Of a stretch of DNA of 32,474 nt, positions 10,887 to 22,095 are shown one piece after another (position 1 is the first letter of the stretch; every line of letters starts with the position of its first letter). The notes below the pieces were generated by a model, which worked only from the letters and a program-made list of their open reading frames with translations, was not told the origin of the DNA and ran no database searches. The translations under genes and the position numbers were made by a program. The stretch comes from Octopus sinensis (taxonomy: Eukaryota): positions 1 to 32,474 of the forward strand of contig NW_021829676.1 in the NCBI RefSeq assembly GCF_006345805.1, in the 5' to 3' direction.

Positions 10887-11468
10887 CCCCTTACCCGGCA
10901 GAAACGAATATATGCGTTTTGACCGAAATCGTTTTTTTCTATCTCTAGCGAGTTAACTCGTCAAAAAATAGACTCGCCAAAATCGACAGCAAACGAGTTC
11001 CTTTGTCTATTATAAACTCTTTTTTGACATATACGAGTATATTCGCTCACTTTATACGTCTGGCAGTGACGATTTCTGCCACCTTTCGCTTGAGTAAGGC
11101 ATTGAAGACCGAGTATGATTTAGTCACCTGGAGACAGTCGAAGGGTTGGAAGGCACATTTTATGAATAGAAGTATTCACTTTGTTTTTACGTTTTTTTTT
11201 ATACCTTTATATTATAACCCCACCATGTCGATAACCAAATAAAATAACATGATTTTTTGTAAAAGTAATATGATTTATGAAAACAAACGGGTTAACTCGT
11301 TTCTGCCCAAAGTGGTAATTTAAAATCAATATTATTGAATTAAAATTCATAATAAATAATGTTTGAAATATACCTCGAAATCACCATTCAAAACATAGTA
11401 AAATAAAACAATTAAAAAATATGTCTGAAAAAATACATTTATTTTCAAAATAATTGTTGGGTAAGGGG
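10887..11468. mobile_element. piggyBac-type MITE (582 bp)
   Basis: TTAA at 10883-86 and 11469-72. Terminal inverted repeats CCCCTTACCC (10887-96) and GGGTAAGGGG (11459-68). Internal inverted pair GGCAGAAACGA (10897-907) and TCGTTTCTGCC (11297-307). No transposase ORF. Confidence 0.85.
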
Positions 11469-11659
11469 TTAATCACATCGATGGCCAGTAACTGATTGGT
11501 ACTTAATTTATTGGCGTCCCTTGCAATGCTATTACGAATTCGGCGGAAAGTCAACTTGAAACCTTCAGACTTAGAACCAAATAACAAGCAATTTCATCCG
11601 ACCGAGCGTCTTACGCACCATTTTTATTGTTTTTATTTCATATCGACAACAAAGAACAT

Positions 11660-11758
11660 ACATACACACACACACATACATATTTGTTTGTGTGTGTGAG
11701 TGTGTGTATATATATATTCATATATTTATATATATATATGTAAACGTTTTTCTATCTA

Positions 11759-11794
<36 letters not shown>

Positions 11795-11821
11795 CATCAA
11801 TCTATCTATCTATCAATCTGA

Positions 11822-11856
<35 letters not shown>

Positions 11857-11872
11857 TCTATCTGTCTATCTA

Positions 11873-11918
<46 letters not shown>

Positions 11919-12037
11919 GATCTATCTATCTATCCATCCATCTATCTATCTATCGATTGATCGAAGTCTCTGTCTGTCGATCTCTTTATGCAGACGTTCT
12001 TACACACACACACACAAACACACGCATACACACAACA

Positions 12038-12084
<47 letters not shown>

Positions 12085-12090
12085 CATACA
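11660..12090. repeat. Compound (TG)/(TA)/(TATC)n/(TGTC)n/(CA)n microsatellite
   Basis: Direct reading. Confidence 0.95.
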
Positions 12091-12429
12091 CATATACGTA
12101 GATGCGCAAACATTGGTAGATACAAACAACCGAGTTAATGGAAATTAAAACCGACGTAGCGTTGTAGATATTATTGTGGTTATAGACACTTTGAGGTTAT
12201 TATATCTGAGTAATAGGAATGGTGTAGTTAAAGTGTGACAATATCGATATCACCACTAAACCACTCTCCCCTTTGTATTTCCTTCGCTCTGTCATCTGAA
12301 GCACGTATATGCATAAATGTTATGATGATGATAAACATAAATATGATGAATGCCTCCACGGTTCACGTGATGCATATACGCACTCGGAGAGCCACACGAA
12401 GATATACACACCGACACACGCACAGAGAT

Positions 12430-12683
12430 AGGTGGTTGTAGGTATATGTATGTATAAGTGTGCGTATATATATGTAGGTGTGTGTTCATGCTTGTCTTTA
12501 ACGATGTGTAAATATGTGTGTGTGTGTGTGTGTTTATTCTTACATGTATATATTTGTATGCATCTATATATATTTGTATATGTATGCATGTATATGTATA
12601 TATGCGTGTGTATGTATGCATAGTTAAGTAAAGCAAGCTTATGCTCACACAAGGATATCTAAATTTATATTAATACATTCATG

Positions 12684-12760
<77 letters not shown>

Positions 12761-12824
12761 TATATATAAAGATGCATACACACATACAAACTCTCATACA
12801 CATACACATTCATATCTATCTATC

Positions 12825-12874
<50 letters not shown>

Positions 12875-12920
12875 ATACACACACACATACATATATATAC
12901 ATATACATATATATGTTTGT
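12430..12920. repeat. Mixed TG/TA/TACA microsatellite region
   Basis: Direct reading. Confidence 0.9.
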
Positions 12921-13309
12921 ATATATTCAGATATCCATACACTCACGAAATGAATAAATATATTGTATTCATAGCTCCATATACAGAAATTACATTACTA
13001 CTGTTTTTTTTAAACATGTCCATATAACCAGAAACCTACTTCTGCTTTCTTTTCCACCTCACAAAACCGATCACATTATATATTTCGTAGCACACCATAG
13101 AGCATATGAATTAATCATATCTATATAATCACATATTTCTAGCGTTGCTCCGAAACTATTTCCAGGCTTGTATCCCCTAGGAAGATCAACGTGCGGGTCT
13201 AACAACCGAAAGATGGCGATTTGAACGTTGTTCGCCATATGCCCTATGTCATGTTACTTCATTTTCTCCATACACTAATTGCCTATCTGATATATATTCT
13301 GTTATAACC

Positions 13310-13375
13310 TCATGTGCATACATATGCATACATACATACACACACACACACACACCACACACCACACACACACAC

Positions 13376-13406
<31 letters not shown>

Positions 13407-13466
13407 GTATATACATAGACGTATATCTATCTATCTATCTATCTATCTATTCTATCTATCTATCTA

Positions 13467-13532
<66 letters not shown>

Positions 13533-13571
13533 ATATATATATTATATATATATATATATATTATATATATA

Positions 13572-13624
<53 letters not shown>

Positions 13625-13760
13625 TATATGTATATACATATATGTAGATGTACATATATATATATGTATATGTGTATATATATGTATATATATATACATA
13701 TATATGCATATATATGTGTGTGTGTGTGTGTGTTTGTGTGTATATGCACACATACGCACA
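13310..13760. repeat. Compound (CA)n-(TATC)n-(CT)n-(TA)n-(TG)n microsatellite
   Basis: Direct reading. Confidence 0.95.
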
Positions 13761-14169
13761 ATGTCATTACAAGGTCATTATTGATTCCAACTCCACAGAC
13801 GTTAGATGAGATCCGGTTAGATTGAATTCTCGATGTTTCGGTTGGTAAACACCCAACAAATCCTGTTTTTGAGCAAGACTGAATTTTTAGTATTTCCATC
13901 GTTGCTGAGATTTTCTCGCCACATGCGTCTGTTTAAACCAGAAAGAGACATTTAAACTACCCGTTAGATCGATTTTCTTTCGTTATTAATGCTCTCGAGT
14001 TGAAGGCTGTGCCGTGCATTAGACGGTTGATATTGAACTAGAAATAATTGCGATTTACCGTGGATTGCTCTTTTTATGGTGAAGAGGCTTTGTAAAGATA
14101 CGACATGCAGTAAGAGAGTTTACTCTGGTTGAATTACGAAGTTTAACGGTTATTCCCGATAACACCATA

Positions 14170-14376
14170 AAGAGAAATTTTTTATTGCCTGCTCGAAAAT
14201 TTCGGTGGCTACGTAACAATCTGTAACTACTCAGATAAACACGGAACGCAACTTCTTGCTCCATCGATGTATGGGAACGCTCTACTTTCGATTATCGAAA
14301 CCGTACAAACGTCTCCATTTTTCGTGTCCTTTTATTCCCAAGCGTATTACAATATAAGTGTAGGATTTAGCTCTGT
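14170..14376 (-). pseudogene. Penelope-like element endonuclease C-terminal remnant
   Basis: The minus frame reads TEL....YAWE*KDTKNGDVCTVSIIESRAFPYIDGARSCVPCLSE*LQIV. This resembles the TELSxxIWxLK...WxIxxxAxPY..G...CxLCLxEKxxI motif I recall from GIY-YIG Penelope-like elements. Two expected L/K codons appear as stops. Confidence 0.55.
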
Positions 14377-14899
14377 CTTCCGATACAATCTGCTGTTGTT
14401 ATGCTAGCTTTGTACAACACTGCATTGAAGAGGCAGGTTCCGTTAAATGAACAGTCTAATATGCTTCTGACGTAGGAAACCAGCTGTTTCAGGTTCAGAT
14501 TTGCTGGGGGTGTGATCTAGATAATATAAATATAATACGCGATCTGGGAAACGAAGTTGTCCACACAACAAGCAACAGTACGCACTAGCGATAACAAGAT
14601 TTTTGTTTCGTATTTGCATATTGATGTACTTGTGATATTTATGTGTTGTTGGAAAATGAATATGTGCCATGGACAGAAACACACTAGCTATGTTGATAGT
14701 TACGTCCGTTTTGTAAGGTTGATTGTACTAATTTTTTCACGTAATTAGTTTTTGCTATCATAAGGGCTATATTCCTCGACTACTAGTTTTTCCTTTGATC
14801 CAGTTCTTATCAATGCATAGTTATGAAACAGTAAGGCACGGTTGGAAACCTCACTGCTAAAGGAGACTTTGGAACCTATCTTTCGATGCCAAGTACGAC

Positions 14900-15150
14900 A
14901 GACCTTCTATGCAGTCACTCGACCTGCTAGAAAAAGCAGCTAAATCTCTCCAAAGCCACACCATGCCGTTTTGAAAAAGAAAAGCAAAAAACAAAACAAA
15001 AACAACAGCATAAAAACACATTGGATATGGTTTCTATGGGTTCTCTGCATAAATCAAAAAGACGTGATGGTCACAACTGGATGACCTATAATCATAGATC
15101 TGTTCATTTAAGGTATGATCTGTGATCAAACAACAACAACAACAACGACA
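14900..15150 (+). mobile_element. Decayed 3' end of a (CAA)n-tailed retroposon
   Basis: 'cagtcactcgacctgctagaaaaagcagctaaatctc...tcatagatctg...caaacaacaacaacaac'. Related fragments at about 9240-9330 (minus) and about 21010-21085 (plus). Confidence 0.5.
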
Positions 15151-15275
15151 ACCCTAATAATGACAGAGGTGTTGATTGAAGTTTTTATGTCTATGTATAT
15201 TTTCCTCATTTGGTTTTCTGAAGCAGCAGCGTCTGTCCGAAGTCACATCTAGCGCCAGGTCGGAAATGCCAACTA

Positions 15276-15500
15276 TTCTTAGAATATTCAAATTGTGTTC
15301 CTTAAATATCCTTATCACGCCTTTACCGAATTAACACATATGGAATTTTATACACACAAACACACACACCACACACATACATACATACATACATATACAC
15401 ACACATATATATGTGTGTGTTTGTATAAAATCCCATATGTGTTAATTCGGTAAAGGTGTGATAAGGGTATTTAAGGAACACAATTTGAATATTCTAAGAA
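15276..15500. mobile_element. Foldback/MITE-like inverted repeat: 79-bp arms around a microsatellite spacer
   Basis: 15276-15354 is the reverse complement of 15422-15500 with three transition mismatches. The spacer is CA/TACA/TG repeats. No clear TSD. Confidence 0.8.
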
Positions 15501-15530
15501 GAGAATAGAAACGTAGAATTTCTCATTTAA

Positions 15531-15655
15531 AGCTTAGTGACCTGGATCAACACGAAATGATGTATTTTGCTCAAGAACACATACATTGCCCAGTCCGGGA
15601 TTCGATCTTGCGATCATGAGTGCAACACCCCAGCCACCAGGCTACACGCCTTCAC
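15531..15655 (-). mobile_element. SINE-3 truncated, degenerate copy
   Basis: 'ttgctcaagaacac..gtccgggattcga..cgatcatgagtgcaacacc..cacgccttcac' aligns with 3740-3853. Confidence 0.65.
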
Positions 15656-16195
15656 TCCACAATCATTGTTAGCACTAAATTACAAAAATCTGAACCAATG
15701 ATTTGCGCCACTAATATTCTTGGACATGGTCATATGTAATTTGATAGAACTTTGTAATTTTGTCGTTAATTCATTTTATCAACCCACGAAGGGTGAAAAG
15801 CGAACTCCCCTCTGGCAGGATTTGAACGTAAATAGATGTAACTAAATACCGCAGAACAGTTTACTCGGTTTTCTACAGGTTATACGAATTCGTCAACATT
15901 TTGTTCGATGCATTACAAATTCATTTATTCTACCGCCATTCTGTCAAATGCCCTTCAAGTTCTACCTGTCGATTACTGTTTGAGTCAAACGTTCTCCTGA
16001 TTGTGTTAATTCACCTCCATTTTGTCAGGCACTCTACAGATCTGTTAATATGCCACCGTTTTGTTCAGTGTTCTACCGTTTCTACCAATCCACCGGTCTC
16101 TGATTTTTATTTCTTACTTAGGCAAAAGGCAACACATTTGATTGAATCAGAGCTTGTGTTTTGCTGGCATTTTATTCTGTTACCAATGTAGAGAA

Positions 16196-16410
16196 TAATG
16201 GTTTTAAATTTTGACACAAGGCCAGCAAGATCAGAGGAGAGGGTAAGTAGCGTACATCGACCCTGGTGATCAACTGATTCATCTTTTATCGATATCGAAG
16301 GGCTGAAATACAAAGTCGACCTTGGCGGAATTTGAACTCAGAACGTAAAGACTGACGAAATGCCATCAAGCATTTGGCCCGGCGCGCAAACGATTGCGCA
16401 TGCTCACCGT
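16196..16410 (-). mobile_element. SINE-1 older copy, tail type B
   Basis: caaagtcgaccttggcggaatttgaactcagaacgtaaagac core; tail ggttttaaattttgacacaaggccagc. Confidence 0.85.
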
Positions 16411-16500
16411 TTTGCCAACGTCGATAATAGCGACAATTTAATTCATACTGGGGTTTCGAACGGGCATCCTATGGATATCTAGTTATCATAGAAAGAGAAT

Positions 16501-16545
16501 TAGATAAACAGACAGATAGACAGACCGATAGACAGACAGACAGAC

Positions 16546-16634
<89 letters not shown>

Positions 16635-16725
16635 TATATATATATAGATATATAGATAGATAGATAGATAGATAGAAGATAGATAGATAGAAGATAGATA
16701 GATATATATATATATATATATATAT

Positions 16726-16766
<41 letters not shown>

Positions 16767-16771
16767 CAGAC

Positions 16772-16846
<75 letters not shown>

Positions 16847-16930
16847 TATAGATAGATATATATATAGATATATATATATATATATATGGATAGGATATAT
16901 ATATATATAGATATATATATATATATATAT

Positions 16931-16983
<53 letters not shown>

Positions 16984-16984
16984 C

Positions 16985-17032
<48 letters not shown>

Positions 17033-17045
17033 GGAGATAGATAGG
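16501..17045. repeat. Long (GATA)n/(GACA)n/(TA)n compound microsatellite, about 545 bp
   Basis: Direct reading. Source of the LSIY-repeat ORFs. Confidence 0.97.
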
Positions 17046-18261
17046 TAGAGACAATGATTGAGTAAGAGAGCGTGTGAGTGCAAGGGAGAGTGTGTGGGGG
17101 TGATTGTAAGGGAGAAACAGAGAGGGAAGGGGGAGAAGAAAGTGTGCAGTATCATTTCAAGAGACATAATTCAAACGGTGTTATACATGAATTGTGCTGC
17201 TCATATGATATAAAATAAAGATAAAACAAAAGAACAAATGAAACGCTGATATTTTGAATTGATAAATATGTAGAAAAGAAAACAGGAAATACAAATATAT
17301 AAATATATATATATATATCGCTTTGAAAACACATTGTCTTTTTTTTTTGTCTGTCTAAAACATAGGGTTAAAATTTTCTGTCGATCACAAATAATTTGGA
17401 AGCCAGCAAATATAAGAAATTTTTTCTTTGTTTTTGATCTTGTTTCAAAGAATTTATCCATTAAAAAAAGTAATAAGAAAAATTATATTAAAATAAAAAC
17501 TAACAGCATTTATAAGGGGACTATGTTTGGTATATGGCCATTATGAGCGGTTAACGAACCTTTAGAAAAATTTAGTAGATACGCTTGATTGTGTTAATTA
17601 CTATTGCAAATCCCATTATATAATGTGATCTACAAATATGAAATATGTAAGGCCTATTAAAATTAATATCAAAACAACAAAAGCACTCCCCCCACAAACA
17701 CAAATATACAAAAACTATTTAATGAATTGGCCGTTCGTTCTACAGCATTTAATAAATCGAGTTCAATAAAGAAATTATTACATGTACTTGTGTACCACGT
17801 TTCTACACTAAAGAGAATTCATAAATAAATAAAATAAATAAATAAAATAAATGAATAAATAATAAAAAATAGAAAAAGAAGTAAAGAAAAAGAAAAAAGC
17901 GCGAGGAAATAAAAACATGCTATTAATAAGTGAATAAAGAAATTAAAATTGCATCAAAATTATTAATTAATTATTAATTTGTCACACTTAGAATTGGAGA
18001 AATAAAGAAAATAACTAATAATTATTATGAAAACCAAGCGTTAAAAAAATAACGAAAATATATAAAAAAATAATTCGAAAGCAGCAGCAGTAGTAGCAGC
18101 AGTAGCGGCAGTAGCGGCAGCAGCAGCAGCAGCAGTAGCAGTGGCAGCAGTTACAGTAGTAGTAATATTTTCTAAAACACACAAAATGTGTTACATACAT
18201 ACATACATATACATATAGACACACATATATATATGTATATATCTATATATATATATATACA

Positions 18262-18828
18262 CACTTACGTCAGAAATTAATTAGCACCCTTGATTTGCTC
18301 ACCATGAAGCATGGTGGAAGTGGTCTGATGGTGTGAGGGGCGTTCAGCTACAGTGGTGTTGGGCGGCTCTATGCCGTCGAAGGCAACATCAACGCAGCAA
18401 AGTACGTTGAGATAGTACGGGATACCTCTTTGGTGGCGAGGTGTACGTGCTAGCCAGTCACCTGACCTGAACCCTATTGAGAACCTCTGGAGTCGATTGG
18501 GTAGGGATTTGAATGTGCAGCAATACAGGAACCGACACGAGCTGTTTGGGGCACTTCTTGCTGCATGAGGGGCCATCCCTGCACAGTACCTGCAGGCACT
18601 CATAGACAACATGCCGACCCGCGTAGCAGCTGTCATTGCTGCCAAAGGAGGTGCAACAAGATATTGACTAAATTTCACGATTAATAACAATTATGTGGTG
18701 TGCTGGGATATGTTTTAATAAATTTTTGATTAAAAACGAGTTCGTTTCTGATAATAAGTTAATTAAATTAAGAAAATGTAAGAAAATGTAGAAATTTGAG
18801 AAGTGCTAATTAATTTCCGACGCAAGTG
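18262..18828 (+). mobile_element. Internally deleted Tc1-family DNA transposon with a transposase C-terminal remnant
   Basis: 26-bp TIRs cacttacgtcagaaattaattagcac (18262-87) and gtgctaattaatttccgacgcaagtg (18803-28), two mismatches, inside a TA tract. 18301-18667 encodes TMKHGGSGLMV*GAFSYSGVGRL...EGNINAAKYVEI, then a deletion/frameshift, then SQSPDLNPIENLW...IDNMPTRVAAVIAAKGGATRY*. Confidence 0.93.
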
Positions 18829-18892
18829 TATATATATATATATATATATATACATTTACATATACACACGTATATATATTGTATAATGTCTA

Positions 18893-18936
<44 letters not shown>

Positions 18937-19054
18937 CAGACATATAATATGTAATGCGCTATTATAAGCGTTGTCTAAAATTATAAGCAATTTATTTAAA
19001 AAAACTAACTAAATGAAAATAAACAAGTAGAATATTTCACCTGCAGCTAATTGT

Positions 19055-20940
19055 TTCTAACATTGGCATGGACCTTAAAATTTTGTGGGCCCTGGTTTAT
19101 TCGACTGAACTAATCTCAGTACTTCACTGGTAATTTACTGGTAATTTACTTTATTAAGCGGTAGAAGTTGACCTTACCTCAGCGAAATTTGAACCCACAC
19201 CGCAAATAGTTAGAAGAACTACCGCAAACTAATTATTCGGACGCTCTAACGATTCTACCCCAGTATTAATAACTCTTTATGCTAAAGGTACAGTGCCTGA
19301 AAATTTGGGAGAAGGGACTAGTCGAGTTCATCAACCCCAGTGCATAAATGGTACTTATTTCATTAACCCCGAAAGGATGAAATGCAAAGCCAGCTTCCGC
19401 AGAATTCGAACTCGACGGACGAAACGCTGCTAAGTATTATCCCCGGTGTGCTAACGATCCTGCCAGCTTCACCGCTTTACCCGAGTATTGATAATAATAA
19501 TAACTTCTAATGATGATTTCAAATTTTTGCACCAGGCCAGCAATTTCAGGGTATGGGTAAGTGTATTATATCGACCTTAGTGTTCAACTGGTCCTTATTT
19601 TATCGATCTCCCTAAAAGGATGAAAAACAAAGCCGATCTTGACGGGATTTGAACTTAGAACGTGAAGACAGTCGAAATGCCGCTAAGCGTTTCGTCCGGG
19701 GCGCTAACGATTCTGCAGCTCGCCGTCTTACTGAAAATGTTTGGAGAAGGGGGCTAGTCGTTTACGTCGGCTCCAGTGCATAACTGGTACATATTTCATC
19801 GACCCCGTAAAGGTGAAAAGCAAAGTCGACCTCAGCGGAATTTGAACTCAGAACGTAGCGGCAGACGAAAAATCGCTAAGCGTTTAGCCCGGCATGCTAC
19901 GATTCTTATTTCTTTATTGCCCACAAGGGGCTAAACATCGAGGGGACAAACAGGGATAGGCAAAGGGATTAAGTAGATTACATCGACACCAGTGTTTAAT
20001 TGGTCGATTAAGTCGATTATATCGACCCCGAAAGGATGAAAGGCAAAGTCGACCTCGGCGGAATTTGAACTCAGAACGTAGCGGCAGACGAAATACCTAT
20101 TCCTTTACTTCCCACAAGGGGCTAAACACAGAGAGGACAAACAAGGACAGACAAACGGATTAAGTCGATTATATCAACCCCAGTGCGTAACTGGTACTTA
20201 TTTAATCGACCCCGAGAGGATGAAAGGCAAACCTCGTCGGAATTTGAACTCAGAACGTGAGGACGGACGAAACACCACTAAGCAGTTCGTCCAGCGTGTT
20301 AATGATTCTGCTAGTTCACCATCTTTAATAGTCATTTCTACTAAATTTGGTGGGAGGGGGTCAAATTAGATCGATAAGATCGATAAGTATGCAAGTGGTA
20401 CTTAAATTATTGATCCCGAAAGGATGAAAGGCAAAGTCAACCTCGTCAGAATTTGAACTCAGAACGTAACGGCAGATGAAATACTGCAAAGCATTTCGCC
20501 CGGCGTGCTAACGTTTTTTATTTCTTTATTGCCCATAAGGGACTAAACATAGAAGGGACAAACAAGGACAGACAAAGGGATTAATCGATTACATCGACCC
20601 CAGTGCTTAACTGGTACTTAATTTATCGACCTCGAAAAGATGAAAGGCAAAGTCGACCTCGGCGGAATTTGAACTCGGAACGTAACGGCAGACGAAATAC
20701 CTATTTCTTTACTACCCATAAAGGGCTAAATACAGAGGGGATAAACAAGGACAGATAAAAGGTTTAAGTCGATTACATCGACCTCAGTGCGTAACTGGTA
20801 CTTAATTTATCGACCTCGAAAAGATGAAAGGCAAAGTCGACCTCGGCGGAATTTGAACTCAGAACGTAGCGTCAGACGAAATACTGCTAAGCATTTCGCC
20901 CGGTGTGCTAACCATTCTGCCAGCTCGCTGCCTTCGCCGC
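19055..20940 (-). mobile_element. Cluster of about 10 co-oriented SINE-1 units (old tail-B copies plus two trimers)
   Basis: Units at about 19055-19260, 19285-19475, 19518-19728, a trimer at 19730-20323 and a trimer at 20340-20940, all on the minus strand. Confidence 0.9.
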
Positions 20941-21189
20941 CTTCGCCGTCTTCGCCGGCTTTAATAATATTGAGATAATAATGTTCTCATAAAAAAACAG
21001 TATGGTGTCTGTTTAAATGCCTTTGATCGTAGATCTTCCTCGATCGGGGCTTGATCTAGGGGCGAGGCATCAACAACAACGACACTTTACAAATATTATT
21101 TTAAAAAAACATATATAGTATTATGGCTAATGGACATGCGGTTTAAGCTCAAGCGTCAATCAATGAGACAATCAGATACAAATGGACAA

Positions 21190-21303
21190 TCATCCATCCA
21201 TCCATCCATCCATCCATCCATCCATCCATCCATCCATCCATCCATCCATCCATCCATCCATCCATCCATCCATCCATCCATCCATCCATCCATCCATCCA
21301 TCC
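21190..21303. repeat. (CATC)n microsatellite
   Basis: Perfect run of about 110 bp. Confidence 0.97.
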
Positions 21304-21649
21304 AAACAGACAGACAGACGGTTGGCCAGACGTACAGACGGTGAGCTGGCCGACTAACTAGTCAACCAAGCAAGTGAACCAGGCAGACAGATAGAGTCAT
21401 GCAGATAGACGAGCAGACAGGCACGCAGATACGAATACGGACAGATGGATGGACACACAGACGAATTTTACATACCTTTCGCTTTCTGACGATCTGATTG
21501 AAAATTCTAGATGTGAAACAGCAGGTTTCCTGCTGACAATGGAGCAATCGTTGACCTCTCACTGTGAACCCCTGACACGATCATCGGCCATTGCCTCTTT
21601 AACAAGCGTCGAAACACTCAATCCATGCATCCGTCCGTGCATCCATCCA

Positions 21650-22054
21650 TCCATTCATCCACCGCCCCCCCCCCCCCACTGCTGCTGTCGATGCAATCAC
21701 CACCACCACCGCCATCTGCGCCGCCACTGCTATTTGCACCGCCGACGTCGCTGCCTTCATTTTTGTAAAGCACAACTACTGCTTTCTATTTCTAGCATCC
21801 TACTCTGTTCTGTCACCAATGGCAGCACTACTGCAACCCCCCCCCCCCACCTCACCACCACCACCATCACTACCAGCATCGTCGCCAACACCACTGCCAC
21901 CATAACTTTGAGCATCATCTCACCATCATCGTCATCACTTCACGAAAACATTTACTTCTATTCACTTCTACTTCCGCTCTCTCCCGTATACCACCACCAC
22001 CACCACCATAGTTTTATACACTGCTCTGCACCCCACCCCCCACAACACTGCCGC

Positions 22055-22095
<41 letters not shown>

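Noticed and set aside
13830-13868. Minus-strand GUUGG/CCAAC stem followed by CGAAAC-AUC as another hammerhead
   Set aside because: The upstream core reads CAGGAUU instead of CUGANGA, too degraded to support.
13760-14170. Short ORFs 13561..13899 and 14055..14264 as host exons
   Set aside because: No recognisable protein similarity. More plausibly non-coding or terminal sequence of the adjacent Penelope-like remnant.
16469-17167. 232-aa and 184-aa LSIY-repeat ORFs
   Set aside because: Translations of (GATA)n/(TA)n.
18334-18568. Two TGA codons at Trp positions in the Tc1 remnant as stop-codon recoding
   Set aside because: Another Trp is TGG and the element is deleted and frameshifted. Ordinary G-to-A decay explains it.
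19730-20940. Regularly spaced repeats as a CRISPR array or hammerhead retrozyme tandem
   Set aside because: The units are 170-190 bp SINE bodies with no unique spacers. I found no CUGANGA core on either strand of the SINE-1 unit.
21519-21535. Hairpin CAGCAGG-TTT-CCTGCTG
   Set aside because: A 7-bp stem is within chance expectation, and there is no supporting context.
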